This document shows positions 1 through 12,925 of a DNA stretch of 64,000 nt, piece by piece. A program made the position numbers and the translations under genes. This stretch comes from Camelus dromedarius (Eukaryota): contig NC_087437.1 of NCBI RefSeq assembly GCF_036321535.1, positions 95,544,001 through 95,608,000 on the forward strand, given 5' to 3'. The stretch's first letter is position 1, and each line of letters begins with the position of its first letter. The notes under the pieces were generated by a model. That model saw only the letters and a program-made list of their open reading frames with translations, made no database searches and was not told where the DNA came from.

Positions 1-1139
1 GGTGCCTTAGGGCAGTTGTACAAACGTGCTTACTCCTCCTAGAGTATTAGCGTCATCCAAATTCTCCATGAAATATTCCCTTCACCCACATTGAAAAGAC
101 TTAAAAATTTGCCTTCCTTTAGTTTTGTCTTACCAACTTTCTTCCATTCCTGATAGTTTCTCTTGCTTTTCCATAACTTCAAATTTATTAGTCTTACTGC
201 CTAGTCTTTGGGTTGATTTTTCTTTTGGATGATCATGTTCTTGAACTTGATTTTTTACCAAACTATCTCTCAGTAACTGTTTTAAAATCCATGGGCGAGT
301 TCCACCCTCCACTTTCTTGTCTAATCTTAGCTTTTGGGCTACACCTGTCAGATCAAAGGACTTCTAATTCTCTGAAAATGATCATGCCTGGAGATTTCTG
401 TCACTAGCTGAATTTACTACTGCATTACTAGATTACACACTGGTTCTATCCTACATTTTTATCCTGGGCTTACTGAAGAAGTAGTGTTTCTTAGCAGAGA
501 ACACTATGGTGGGTGGAGTCTTGATTTCAAGTTAAGTAATATATAAACTTGTGGATTTCTGGAAGCTTTAAGGACTAAGTTTTAATTTGGCATACTTGAT
601 CCAACAATAGATATTAGTAAATGTCCCCAGTTGAAGTTACACATGATCCATGGTCATGGGCAGTCCACTGAGAAGTGATACTGTCACTTGCTCTGCATCC
701 TTTCCTGTGGGTTTAATTTCCCTTGACTGAATGCTCATGGGTTGACTTTAGGAAAGTTACAATTTCGAGCCAGCTTTGGACTCCTGAAACCACTATTGTC
801 TGGGACCACCAACAGTTCACTCACTGCTCACTACCCCTTATGCCAAAGATAATAGACAAATTTGTCACCTGTGGAGAAATGTTATTAACACTGAAGCAAA
901 GGAGCTGTTCCTCATCTAGATCTAATTTATGGCAGGCAGCCGAAGTTACGTACAGTCTTCTTCTCTCCAGATTCTGTTCACAAAGGGCATGACAAATAAA
1001 GCTTCACTCTGGGAGATCCTGCACTCAGAAAATCAAAGCCATCCAGCCGTGCCTGCAGTTGACATTGGTTGTTGGCATTGGTTAGAAACAGACAACTACA
1101 TGTCACTTTGCCTTTGAGTAAGTCAGTGTCAGGGCACTT

Positions 1140-1405
1140 TCAGGACCAGTTCACTTTCAGAAAATCCAATTGAACCTAGTTTAAGAAATAAATGGAAATT
1201 TATGATTCATAAAATTAAAAAAAGTTTAGGGTAGCTAGGCTTGATTCACATTCTGTATCTTTGGGGTGAGGAGTGAAACCTGACCTAAACACATGGATTA
1301 AAAATGGGAAGTGTGTCAGTTTCCAGAGAAAATTGTACTTATTAAAGGAGTAGGATGGATGGGTGCTGGTGCTGAACTGATGTTCAGAAAGAAGTAGAAT
1401 ATCCA
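1140..1405 (-). mobile_element. Old MaLR (MLT1-type) solo LTR fragment
   Basis: aaaatccaattgaacctagtttaagaaataaatggaaatttatgattcat resembles the reverse-strand end of old MLT1J/K-type LTRs; highly diverged. Confidence 0.55.
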
Positions 1406-3524
1406 GATAAATAAGGGTGATTGGACATTAACTATGAAATGGGGTGTGCCATGAAGAACTGAAGTTCAATGTCAGTAAATTTGTTCCCTCCTAATTTCCA
1501 CCTCCCCCCAAAAAAGACTTGTTAAAGTATTATTACTCTCCTGTCTTTTGTTGTCTCTGGATGTATGTAATTTCTAGGAAAAACTTCAATTTGGTATCTA
1601 TGTTCCTATTAGTTTGCAGTAGTGGAAGATGATTAGTACAGAAATACACATGGTTTTATGATTTTAAGTAAAACAATAACTGAGAAGTAACCCTATCCTT
1701 GGCAAACTCAAAGTAGATAAAACAGTTTTGTTTTGAAATAATTAAAACACATTTGTCTAAAGTTCATGCTCTGATACGCTCATTCAATGTCTTCTTCAGT
1801 CTTCTAAGGAGTCTATGACCCTGCCAGTTATTCATTCTGTACATTCAGCTTAAAGCTGTTATTTGTAAGGAACAAATAGATGGTAGATGCTACTTGAGAA
1901 ACTATAAAATATAATCTTTGCCTTCCAAATGTTTACAATTTAATTAAGTTTTCAGTGCTGTCAAAGGACCAACCAAGAAGAAAGTCAACAGATGCTTGGA
2001 AGTGCTCTTTGTCTCTCTTTAGGGCTTCTTCATGTGAGCTAATTTGATGCCTATTAAAGGACTAGTATAAAATTAGGTGATTTGAGTGTTCCATTTGGAA
2101 TTTCCAATACTATATGAGTAACCATGCACACAACCTCAATCCCAGAGAAAAATTGCACAGTCCATGAGAGTATACAAGGGGCTTAGGCATGAAATAGAAT
2201 AAAATTGTAGGGGTATGGATAATTAGCCTCCCAAATCACAAATGCTTTCAACACAGGATATGCCTTTAGTCTCCACAGTAAAGAGGTTAATGATTAAATT
2301 ATGCTCTTCGATTTCAAACTTACTTTTCAGATCTTTTTTCTATTCCAAAATTTCCATAATGAGCATGTTGTGCTTGTCAGAAGTTGACTTCATCACTAAA
2401 ACTTTCATGTTCATATCATTCACTTTCATCTCCAAAGTCTTAAACTTGCAGTCACTCCCTGTAATTACTCCTCCCAGTCACACCTGTCATTAGTCATCTC
2501 AGAAAAGCCCTTGCAAAGTCACAACGTTTGAAAGGCAGAAAAAAGGGAAGCCTCGGATGGCATCGCCTTTGTCAGCTTGCTTGGCTTGAACTGAGATTCC
2601 CCTTCCAAAGGGCCATTATTGACTCAGCTGGGACCTCAGATAGCAAGGCAATAGTCTGAGCTACAGAATTCTATTTTCTGTGCAGATTTATACTTACGTT
2701 TTTTTGTATCAGCTTAAAAAAAGAGTCTTGAATAAAACAGGAGAAAAAATGAACAAGAAAAGATCTTTAAATTTACTCTGCCCAAATACTTCTTGCCCAT
2801 TAAAAATTTTGTGCCCTAAAAATATCATGTATTATTCTCTAGACATTAGTCAATTTTGATGATCTTAACAGAATTTGAGATGTACTTTATAAGATAAAAA
2901 ACTCAACAAACATTTTAATCTCAGACCCCCTAAGCAACTATTAATGGCGATTTCCACCCCCAAGTACCTATAACCATAACTGACAAAACAGCATACTAAA
3001 TAGGGAAACCTGCTGACAATGAACGTGGCAGTCGTTGTCAGAGTGGGTGGTTCTTGGTGCAGTTTCTTTGCTTTTGTGGAATTACAGGGGTTAGAAGAGG
3101 AGCTGCGATATGGCTGTGAATTGATTTTCGTATGTTTACCAAATCTGCAAGATCACTTCCCCAGATAACACAGTGCTCTCAGTTGATATCCAGGCTTTCA
3201 AAGCTGGATTGGATGTTAATTTGATGAGAAAATTTGTATTGAAAGCTTAGAAATCATTTTAGGTATGAAAATTTATTTTTTAATATTTGAAGGTTAGCTC
3301 TTTAATTCTCCTTAGTACAAAATTTTTTCACTACTTTCTATAATGTTATCTTAGCCATATTTATGTAAATATTATCACATGTCACCAAAAATTACTAGTT
3401 ATATGCAAAGTTTTGGAAATCTAGATCATTTTGGATAATAATGTCCAGTAGATTAAGGATGATAGGATTATTTCACCAAAAACCAAACCAGGCAAACAAG
3501 TGAGAGTAGTTAGATTTAGCAATA

Positions 3525-3525
<1 letters not shown>

Positions 3526-3566
<41 letters not shown>

Positions 3567-3577
3567 ACACACATACA
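3526..3577. repeat. (CA)n microsatellite with TA interruptions
   Basis: Direct reading. Confidence 0.98.
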
Positions 3578-4284
3578 GTTCTTTATGAGGTTTCTGATTA
3601 AATCTTGTAACATTGTGGTAAGGAGTGCTTGCTAAGTATGTTCTTATGCCATAGAAAATAAAACAGTTATTCCCAAGGGTTCTTAGACCTAACTTATAAC
3701 CATGGTTAAGTGTCAGTAAATAGTTTAGCTAGAAATAATAAGAACTTATGTCATAATTTTTTTTTTGAAATATGAGAGACTCATTAGATTCTTGTTGAAC
3801 CCTTTCAGTAAATGTGCTTCTGAACTTTTTAACCTTTGTGTTTGATAAATTTTACATTTCTCCTTACTCTAAGTCATGTGATACAAATATGTCTTCCTAA
3901 GCTTTATGTGATTGAAGTTAAAATTTGGTGTTTTCTTTTCACACTTTTCATCAAATGCTTAATTCACGTGCTTCCTAATATTATTAGGATCCTATGAATA
4001 TAATGCAACATGAAAAAGTGTCATGAGAAAATGATGCACTATAAAAAAGCAGAAAAGTACACATATGAAATATTTGGTGTAATAATCATATAAGACTCAC
4101 ATCAGATTCTTCTAAAACTTAGTATGAGCCTGAGTGCCATGGTCCTCAGCGGTCAGCTACCTGTGCTTGTATCAGTGTCCATCTGGCATATGGTAGTGAT
4201 ATGTATACTGTTGTATGATGGTATGTTGGTTTCACAAATGATTCATTTCTTTCCCAGCTTCCTTCATTGCATTAAATGCAGCCA

Positions 4285-5140
4285 TTATGCAAACCCAGTT
4301 GCTTAAACCTAAAATGTGAGAGTTGACCTTGACTCTACGTTTCCTCACTTCTCCACATCTGGCATATTAGCCAGCCCTGATTGTTCATTTATTCAGGGTC
4401 CCCAGAGGAAACAATTCATCCCAAAAGGTTCAAAGAAGAAGAATTGAATAAAAGGACTACTTGCAATGATGTGAGAAGAAATAGGAAACAAAGAACAGTG
4501 AGAAAAACAGATTAATAATAGTAGGAAGCCAATAATGTTCCGGGGCTGACTGGATAAAAGGAGAAAGGAATATTATTAGAGTCAGGAAGACCTGAGAAGG
4601 TGGAGTAAAGGCTATGAAAAGAATTATAGTCAAAGGGAAATGCAGGTGCTCTTAGAGATTGAGGTCTGAAGTAAGGGGTGTGTCGGGGAGAGAGAAATAC
4701 CTTCCAACCTTCCATTTTCTTACCAGCATCTCCTATTGGCTAAAACTAAATGGAAGATACCTGGGAAGAGATCATGGATGATGCAGTAGGGGCGATCCAC
4801 CTCCTAACAGAAGAGTAGAGCAGAGAAGGACAAAAAAGGTTTGGGAGTCTATGGGACAAATTGGGAATAAATGACACATTGTACCTTAAAAATATAACCA
4901 GAGTTATTTCTCTCCTTTTCATATTGCTGAAACTACCCTAGTCTAAGCCACTGTCATATCTCAGCTTTCCTATTTCAGTAGCATCCCAGCTAGTCATTCC
5001 ATTACTATGCATTCCTATCTCCCAACATCAGAATAATCTTTTAAACCAATTAAATTATAAACATATCCTGCCTAAAACTCTTTAATAGCTCTCCATCACA
5101 TCAGAATAAAACCCAAACTCCTTATCATATAGTGGGTACA
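4285..5140 (+). mobile_element. L2 LINE fragment split by an LTR insertion
   Basis: cccagttgcttaaacctaaaa...cttgactc before, and ctagtctaagccactgtcatatctc...cagaataaaacccaaactcctta after, the LTR are typical L2 3' region motifs. Confidence 0.7.
4385..4878 (-). mobile_element. MaLR (MLT1K-like) solo LTR nested in L2
   Basis: ctcctattggctaaaactaaatggaag...gatgatgcagt...agagcagagaagg...gacaca matches the recalled reverse complement of an old MLT1 5' end. Confidence 0.65.
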
Positions 5141-5424
5141 AGGCATCTGGTTGAAAAAGAACAAAGTGGCAGCAGATTCAGAATTATTTTCCTGAGGCTG
5201 TCTATGTTGCTGATGGTAACTTCACTACTTTTGCCCATTTGAGCCAGTTATTAACAGTCATAGCTACAATTCTTGACTAAGCTGCTTATTTATTCACACT
5301 GAAATGAAAGATCTTCCCTTGACCGGATGAGGGGATGAAAAATAACTTTGATAATTTAAATGCTTTATTTAAAAATTTATAATAGCACTTCACCTCCCCC
5401 CCAGGCTTTTCATAAAATTATAAA

Positions 5425-5595
5425 ATGTGAGATTTGAAATACAACTGAGAAAGCCATTGCCCCAACTCTCAGTGTACTAAGGGGAAAAAAATGAGGCTCA
5501 GAAATATAAATGGATTTGTTCCATGTCAGTCGAGCTACATAATGGTAGATTCTATTTTAGAATCCAGTTCCTCCAGCTCTCAAATCAGTTTTCCA
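5425..5595 (-). mobile_element. MIR SINE
   Basis: gaaaaaaatgaggctcaga...tagaatccagttcctccagctc resembles the antisense MIR core. Confidence 0.7.
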
Positions 5596-6409
5596 ATAAA
5601 TACATTGATTTTCTTCATAATTCACAACATACTTCTTGTATCTAATACCTGTTAGCACATACAGTGTGATGTCTGCCCAACAGTTGATGTTTAATTCTTT
5701 AGTACTTGCTCAAAAAGCAATGTTATAAATAAAATACATCTTCTCTTTTGCTTTTATCAAATACATCTCAGATTAAAATAAATTGGTCACCAGAAATACA
5801 ATTCTGACAATCACTAGCTACTGTTTGGAAAAGTTAGGGATGAGAATCAGTACCTTGCTATTACGGTTGTCAGTGCTGTGGCAGCTAATAACACACCTCT
5901 AGGTTTCAGAATCATTGCAGCCATGTGCAATGAAGCTTCCCATAGCGATCAGCTTGTAAGAGTCTACTGTTGGTACAGTGAGTTTTTATTAAGGTCAGTG
6001 TGAATTTTGTCTTTAACTGTATTGCTGTTTGTCATGGTGAATGCATATGTGTTGACTGTGGTGAACAGGTTTGGTTTGGAAGCATGGAAACTGTCAGTGT
6101 TTGCTGGTAGAGAACCAAATACCTAACAGGTATCAATCTATCTAAAAATGGCCATCCCAGAAGAGCAGTTTTATAATTCAGTTTTGTTTTTTGAAGTGAA
6201 GACAGTCTCATGATTTCTTTAAGCTCTCTTCAGTAAAATTGGAACAATGGCATTATTTTTAGAATATAATCAAATAGTGACTTCTAATAATTAATATATC
6301 AAACTAGAATCTTTTACCTGTTGTCAGTGTTTTTCTTTTGTTCAGAAGTAACTCTTTTTTTTCCATTCTGTATCATTGCCATGTAGTGCTTTTGATTGTC
6401 ATCTACAGC

Positions 6410-9400
6410 TTTTCATAGAACATGCATTTGCTGAGTATCTGTTATGTACCAATCACTGTTCTAGAAATAGAAATATAAGATAAATATAAAGATAAAAAGA
6501 CCATTGTTAATGTACTCAAGAAACTAACATAACAGAGAATTAAGGAAATAATATGAAAGGTGAGTGGCATCCATTTGCTCATTTATTTAACTATAATCTA
6601 TTAAACAATACATGCTGAGCACTGCTAGTTTCTAGGGATACAAACATAAATAGAATACAGTCTCTGTCTTCAATTTCATCATCTACTGGGACAACTGACA
6701 AACACAGAGATCAGTGTAATGCATCGTGATTGTCTGTAAGTGTAGAGGTGTGCAAAGACAGATAAGATCGGAGTTAAGCAGGACCAGATTTTGAAGGACT
6801 TTGAAGGTCATATCAGAGAGATTGACATTTGGCCTTTGGTCAAAAAATTATAGTAGAATGGTTTTGAATAGATGAGCAGCATAACTATATTTGTATTTTG
6901 ATACACCATCATACAAGTATATTAAGTATTGAATTTTCTTGGTATATGTTGAAAAGTAGAGAGCTAAGTTACAAGACTGATGCATTAGAGCAGGCCAGTG
7001 ATGACTATAGACTGAAGAGAGTGGTAGAATATATGAATAAAATGTTAAGAAACTATATAAAGAATCAAGTCAACATGGCAAGAATTTGTGATTGAATTGG
7101 ATGAGGGGAATAAGGAAAAGAAAAGAACCAGTCTCCTGCCTGGATCTCTAAAGAAAAAAAAAAATCAAGAAAAGCAACAGATTTATGGATAAGAATAATG
7201 AGTTTAATTTTAGACATAGACGATAAATTTCAGGAGGGCAGAATGAAGTCTATTTTGTTAGTAAACATATACCTAGTGACTAGCACAATTCATGGTACAT
7301 TTTAGGCATTTCATTCATTCACAACAAATGAATGTAGAAGTGCATTTGCAATGTTCATTTGCAATATTTACTAGTGTATTCATATACAAATCTCAAACTT
7401 GGAAAGAAAGAACTGGTTTGACATATCGATGTGAAACTCAGAGAGAAGTCTAGGTTAGACTTATACTGGGAGCCATTACCATATAGGTGGTGATTGAAAT
7501 CAAGAGAATGGATGGTATTAGAGAGTGAATCATGATAATTTCAATGGGCTAAAGGGGGAAAAATCCCTTGGGTACACCAACCTTTAAGGGATAAGCAATG
7601 GAACTCACAGAGAAAGAGAGGAAGAAATAGAGAGGGAGGGAGGGAGGAAGAGGGAGAGAGAGAGAAGTAGTCTGAGAGTTACAGGGAGAATCAGAGAACA
7701 AGAGGAGTCTGTTGTCATGAATCTGAGGGTGTAAAGGTTTTAGGAGAGTTTGATAATATTAAATACAATAGAGTCTAGAACATGATTTAAAATGTGTTTT
7801 TGATTTGGTAATTAGGAAAAATTAAATTCAGTGGAACTGAGGAAACTAGAGTGAATAATAAGCGCTGAACAGTAACTAGGAGGGCAGGAAGTAAAATCAG
7901 CAAGTTTAGGTTACTCTTTTCAAAAGAAAAACGCTTGGAGATGAGCTAGGTGGTAATTTTGTGTCTGGGGATGTGATTTTTCAATGCGATAATCTTGAGG
8001 ATGCAAATGGGATTAAAATAAATTGAATGCAGAAATTAAGAAAGAGGGAAAGTGGAAAAAGAGAATACATGAAAGGAAATATGTTTTTCATAAAAGATTA
8101 AGCCCTGCAGAAAGCTGGAGATGAAACATATTTGTGTTAAAATGTTGGAGAGAAATTCACTCTCTAGAGCTAAAAGAAAGGTGGAGATGAGTGGAAATAT
8201 CAATAAATGAACAGTAGAGTAGGGATTGTGGTGGTTCCTAAAATAAGAGGCAAGTTTACTTTCTGACCGTTCTGGGATCAGTGACTGAGCATAGGGTTTG
8301 AAGAGAAAGGCAAACAATTATTATTGGAGAATACCTGAAAGAGAAGTAAGTGAAGATAAATAGAAGGAATGACAGATGGTACTCTGAATCCCAGCTGTGA
8401 TCAAAGGGCAGACGTCTGGAGTCATCGCTCTATGTGAATTTTCTTTGATAGTACTCAGCCACTCTAGGCTTTGGACCTGTGAAAGTGGATAGCAATGCCA
8501 GCCAATTTGATACTTTTTTTTCTGGGTCAATATATTTCAGGATAAAAGAAACTTAGAATGTGGTGAAAAAAATTTAATATTCATAAGATTCAGCTAAATC
8601 AGAAAAGAACAGATGTTTTGAGAAAGAAAATTGAGACATCAAGGGATTATAGGTCTCTATAAAGTTAAAGAGCAGGAGTTGTGTGATTCATGAACTAAAG
8701 GGTAGAAAATGCAGAAAGTTTTGGTCAGTATATAGTTGAGTTCAGGATTTGAGAACTAAATGTTATAGATGAAAAATGTTGTAAGATATGGCCAGGAGAG
8801 TGAATAACTCAAATATAGATGAGGCATCACCAAATTGTGGGGCTAAAATTTGTGATAAATTTATCCGCATGGCTTTTGAAGCCACCTAGATGACAGCTGG
8901 ACTTAGGGTGGAGGCAAAGACTATGACATAGGTATCAAAGGCTTTGATAAACATGGTGATGAGAATGGGTCTTTAGAAAATGATAGATAAAAGTATAAGT
9001 AGAGCAGAAAGTCATGGATTTTTTACATAGATTTATGGAGAAAGACCTGGAAATCTAGAAGACTGTTCACACATTTTTCCACTCAAACATAAGGAAAGAG
9101 TAAGCTATCTTTGACAGCACTGATAGAAGCTATATGATGTGGGAAAAAGGTAGAGCTTAGTTAAAATCTAGCACATAAACCATTTGAAAATAGTGTAAGG
9201 ATACAGGTTATTTTGTTCCATGGGATATAGTGGAAATATTTGTAGGTATAGTAAGAGGTTTGGTTGCCCTTATAATAAAATGAGAATATGGTATTATGAG
9301 ATAATAGATGAGGAAGAAAGTAGTGAGGCTACAGAAATAAGGAAATACTCTTTCAGTTATTATTTAAATGAGGAGTAGTAATTATTCAGGAGGCTGCTAT

Positions 9401-10850
9401 AATTCCAGCAGAAGGAACTGCATGCCCAAAGGCAGACGAGAGAAGAGACTATAGTGTGAATAGGGAGATTATTGTTGTGTCTTGTAGGGGTGTTGTGTAT
9501 AGTACAGGATGAGTGTGTGCACATTTGTGGATGTGTGTGCACCTGTCAGCATGATGAAAATAAAGTGACTGAAGTGAAATGGGAAAATTATAATAGGGAA
9601 TGTGGTGACGCATCTGGGCTGCCATTTCAAGGTAGTGCTATTTAATCTGTAGGTAATGTAGAGGAGACTTATGGTAATATATTCAAATATGTGTTTAAGA
9701 AAGATAACCTTGGGAGCAGTTCAGAGCATGAAGTATATAGAGGAGTGAATAAAGTGAAGGGAACTGATCAGGAATTAGTGTAATACATCATGTGAGAGAG
9801 GAATGACCCTGAAAGAAAGATGAGGCTTAAGACACTTACATGTGTGATTGATACAATTTTTCAGAGAGGTTGAATCTAACTTCAATAATTTTCACTTTAG
9901 AGCATAGTGAACATCACAGAAAATAATGATAATTATTTTAAATGATATTAAGTTTGATGAGTCTATATCATATTAGATAGAAAATATCAATTAAGAAGTT
10001 GGACAAAGATGTCTGGAACTAAAGAAATAGATGGATTCTAATGAATATATTCTTGAAAGTAACCTGAGTAGAAACATGGTAGTAGAAATGATGGCTAAAG
10101 AGAGGGTTGTCAAGGCGAAAGTATAAAATAAAAGTAAAACAGGACCATGGACAGAGCCCTGCATGGTATTAAAATTTCTGAAATGGTTGAGGAAGAAGAT
10201 CAGATGAAAGAAGGAGGGAAGGAGTAGTCAGGGAGATAAATAAAAATGAAAGAGCATCTTCATAGACATGCACTGGGAGAATGACAAGCACTGTGAAGAA
10301 TCTGACATTTTTACCTTACTTGCGAGTAAACAAGTTAGCCTTCCATTATTGTCTGGATGCTGACAGAAGATACAAGACTCCTGGGTCAGAGACTTTATTA
10401 TCACTTCAGAAGCACTAGCGAGATTGTTGCATGGCCACATTGGTTCTCTGATCTTTGGTTCCCACAGGGGTGAAACAAGTGGACCTAGATGGATGTCTAC
10501 ACACACATTAGACTATTTTACAAGAGACACTGAACCTTGGGAACTTGCCACTTTATAGCAGCCTGTAAGCAAGCCTGTATTTTTGTTCGAAGGGGAGACA
10601 TTACTTCATTCCTTAAGATTGCAGGTTACAAACAGAAACCTGAGGGATGGCCCCGTGAATAGTTGTTAGGGCCTTACCTTCTTGATATGTATAAGCAAGA
10701 TGAGTAAGAGCCCCATGGAAGACTATCTCCCAATAGAAAGTTTCAAGAAGGATATGGTCAGCATATCACATGATGCAAGAAGATAGGACAGTTCTGGAGA
10801 GAAGTTCATGAATTTGGCCATTAGACATTCTTGGTAATCTTTTAACATGA
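6410..10850 (-). mobile_element. Long cluster of antisense L2 LINE segments (several copies; short opposite-orientation L2 3' end near 7230-7335)
   Basis: L2 3' ends (catttgctgagtatctgttatgtacc; catttatttaac...gagcactgctag) followed by kilobases of purine-rich L2-like sequence (gggagccattaccatataggtggtgattgaaatcaagagaatggatg; tgatttggtaattagg). Confidence 0.75.
10292..10735 (-). mobile_element. ERVL-class solo LTR nested in L2
   Basis: TG start; acaagttagcc...ggatgctgacagaagatacaagactcctgggtcagagactttatt (AATAAA on minus); L2-like sequence resumes after 10735. Confidence 0.7.
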
Positions 10851-11399
10851 ATGCATTTCCTATTTGATGTCGTTGAAGTAAATGTTCTACAAATTGGAGT
10901 TCACTGACTTCTCAGGGTTTGGAATTATCCTTGAGATGTGTGATTTCTCTATAAAATTTTAATTTCCTTGTTCAATTTTGCTGTAGTCTAAAAAAGATGA
11001 TGTATGCATATGCTGAATTATTTTTATAACTGTCTTATATAGTCATCTTATTTCAGTCTCTCTGTCTACACATTTGATCATTACGGATGTCTCAAATACG
11101 GTGACTTTAGTTGACATATGCTAAAGAGAAGAGAACAGAGCCAGTGTTGATATGTGAAAGATCTATTTACCCAAATATAAAGTCAAATGATACTATAGCA
11201 TGTTGTGAGAATGTTTTGCAGAAGTTTAAATATAGAAAAGTAGTAGACTTATGCCATAACACAGTATTTGTCATAAAAGGATACCACACTGGAAAGAACT
11301 GTGTCATGTCTCTCAGTTTGGTATTCGTGTTGATGCTTTAAATTTAATTTCTGCAAAATAAAATATGTTAAATGTGATTTGATTTGACTAGTTTTATGA

Positions 11400-12570
11400 T
11401 GCTTTAAAAATCTAATATATTTTATTACTTACATTGTTACATCGTCCAAACATGACAAAAAGAATATTTTAAAAAACCCCAAAACTTTCTATCCCTGCCT
11501 CCCGTTTGCCCATCATCCCCCTCTCCACACTACTATACATGTACACACCTAGGTAGCCACTATTATTACAGTCTCATCTATTTTTCCAGAGTTTTCATTT
11601 GCATATAAAAACAAATGAAATATATCTGTGGAAGGCAGAATTCTAAAGATTTCCCACCGTTCCCTGGTTATTTAATCAAATGCTAATCTAGATACTACTG
11701 TGAGGACTTAGCAAATGTAATTAAGGTTGCTAATCAGCCAACCTTAAAATAGGAAGATTATCTTTAATTATCCTGGACCCAAGGTCATGAAGCCCTTTAA
11801 AAGCAGAAGAGAAAAGCATAAAAGTAAATCAGAGAAAAGGAAGCAGAAGAATGAGGCAGAGGGGAAATCAGAGATTTGAAGAGTGGGAAGGACACAGCAG
11901 CCATTGCTGGTTTGAAGATAAACTGGCTCCTACACCTGGGAATATGTATGGCCTCTAGAGTTGAATATAACTTCCATCTAAAAGCTAGTAAGGAAACAGA
12001 GACCTCAGCCCTACAAGCACAGGGAGCTGATTTCTGCCAACAACCTGTTTGAGTTTGAAGTGTATTTGCCCCAGGAATCTCCAGAGAAGAGACTGGGATG
12101 GCCAACACATCAATTTTATCTTTATAAGACTTGAACAAGAGTAGCCTTAGAGAAACCATGATATGATAAATTCATGTTGTTTTACACTGCTGAGTCTGTA
12201 GTAATTGTATGACTGTAATAGAAAATAGATATACTATTTTTATTTTTTCTCTCCTTTTTATATAAATAGCACCAGTCATACAATTTGCCTTTTGCTTTTT
12301 TCACCAAGCATTTTATCTTCGAGTACTGTTTACATAATAGTACTAGAGAGTTTTGTATTCTTTCTATCAGCTGCATAATACTCCACTGTATGAGATACCT
12401 TGACTAGGTCTCTATTAATAGATATTTAAGCTGCTTTTAATCTTTCACTAATATACTACAATATATAATCTTGTTCAAAATTTATTTACACTTGTGCTAG
12501 TATTTCTTAGAGGTAGAAATTGCTAAGTCAAAGGACATACAAACGTGACTTTGATTGATATTGCTACAAG
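11400..12570 (-). mobile_element. Old L1M (L1ME-like) 3' fragment interrupted by MLT1 LTR
   Basis: aggtagccactatta...; ctgcataatactccactgtatg; agaggtagaaattgctaagtcaaagg are antisense L1M 3' motifs. Confidence 0.7.
11627..12234 (+). mobile_element. MLT1D/E-type MaLR solo LTR
   Basis: Starts tgtggaaggcagaattctaaagat; contains gcaaatgtaattaaggtt, aaggaaacagagacctcagccctacaa; ends gtaattgtatgactgtaatagaaaa. Confidence 0.88.
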
Positions 12571-12579
12571 GGTTGTTTT

Positions 12580-12925
12580 GTCTATTCTCGACCCAGCTTT
12601 TATACTGGGTTACTACTCTCCACTCCTTACTATTGCCTACAAGGCATGCTCTCTAACCTCTTTTCCCACAATTTCCCCCTGAAATATGCTTCTACTATAC
12701 TTGCTTTCTTTCAGTTTCTCAAATATACTAATTCCTTTTAGCCTTAAGGTCATTGAATTAGATGCTCCCTTGTTTTATTATAGCCCTCACTCTACTCCAT
12801 ATCTCCACACAGCTGGGCCCCCTGGCTGTTTAAGTCTCAGTTCATCTAGTCCCTCCTTAGAGAACTGTATGAGGCATCTAGTGTTTGTCCCACATCTCGG
12901 TTGGCTGGATGAATAAAGAAATTAA
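12580..12925 (+). mobile_element. L2 3' fragment
   Basis: Pyrimidine-rich L2-like sequence ending gttggctggatgaataaa. Confidence 0.55.

Noticed and set aside
7605..7670. GA-rich purine tract (triplex-prone)
   Set aside because: Ordinary low-complexity expansion within L2
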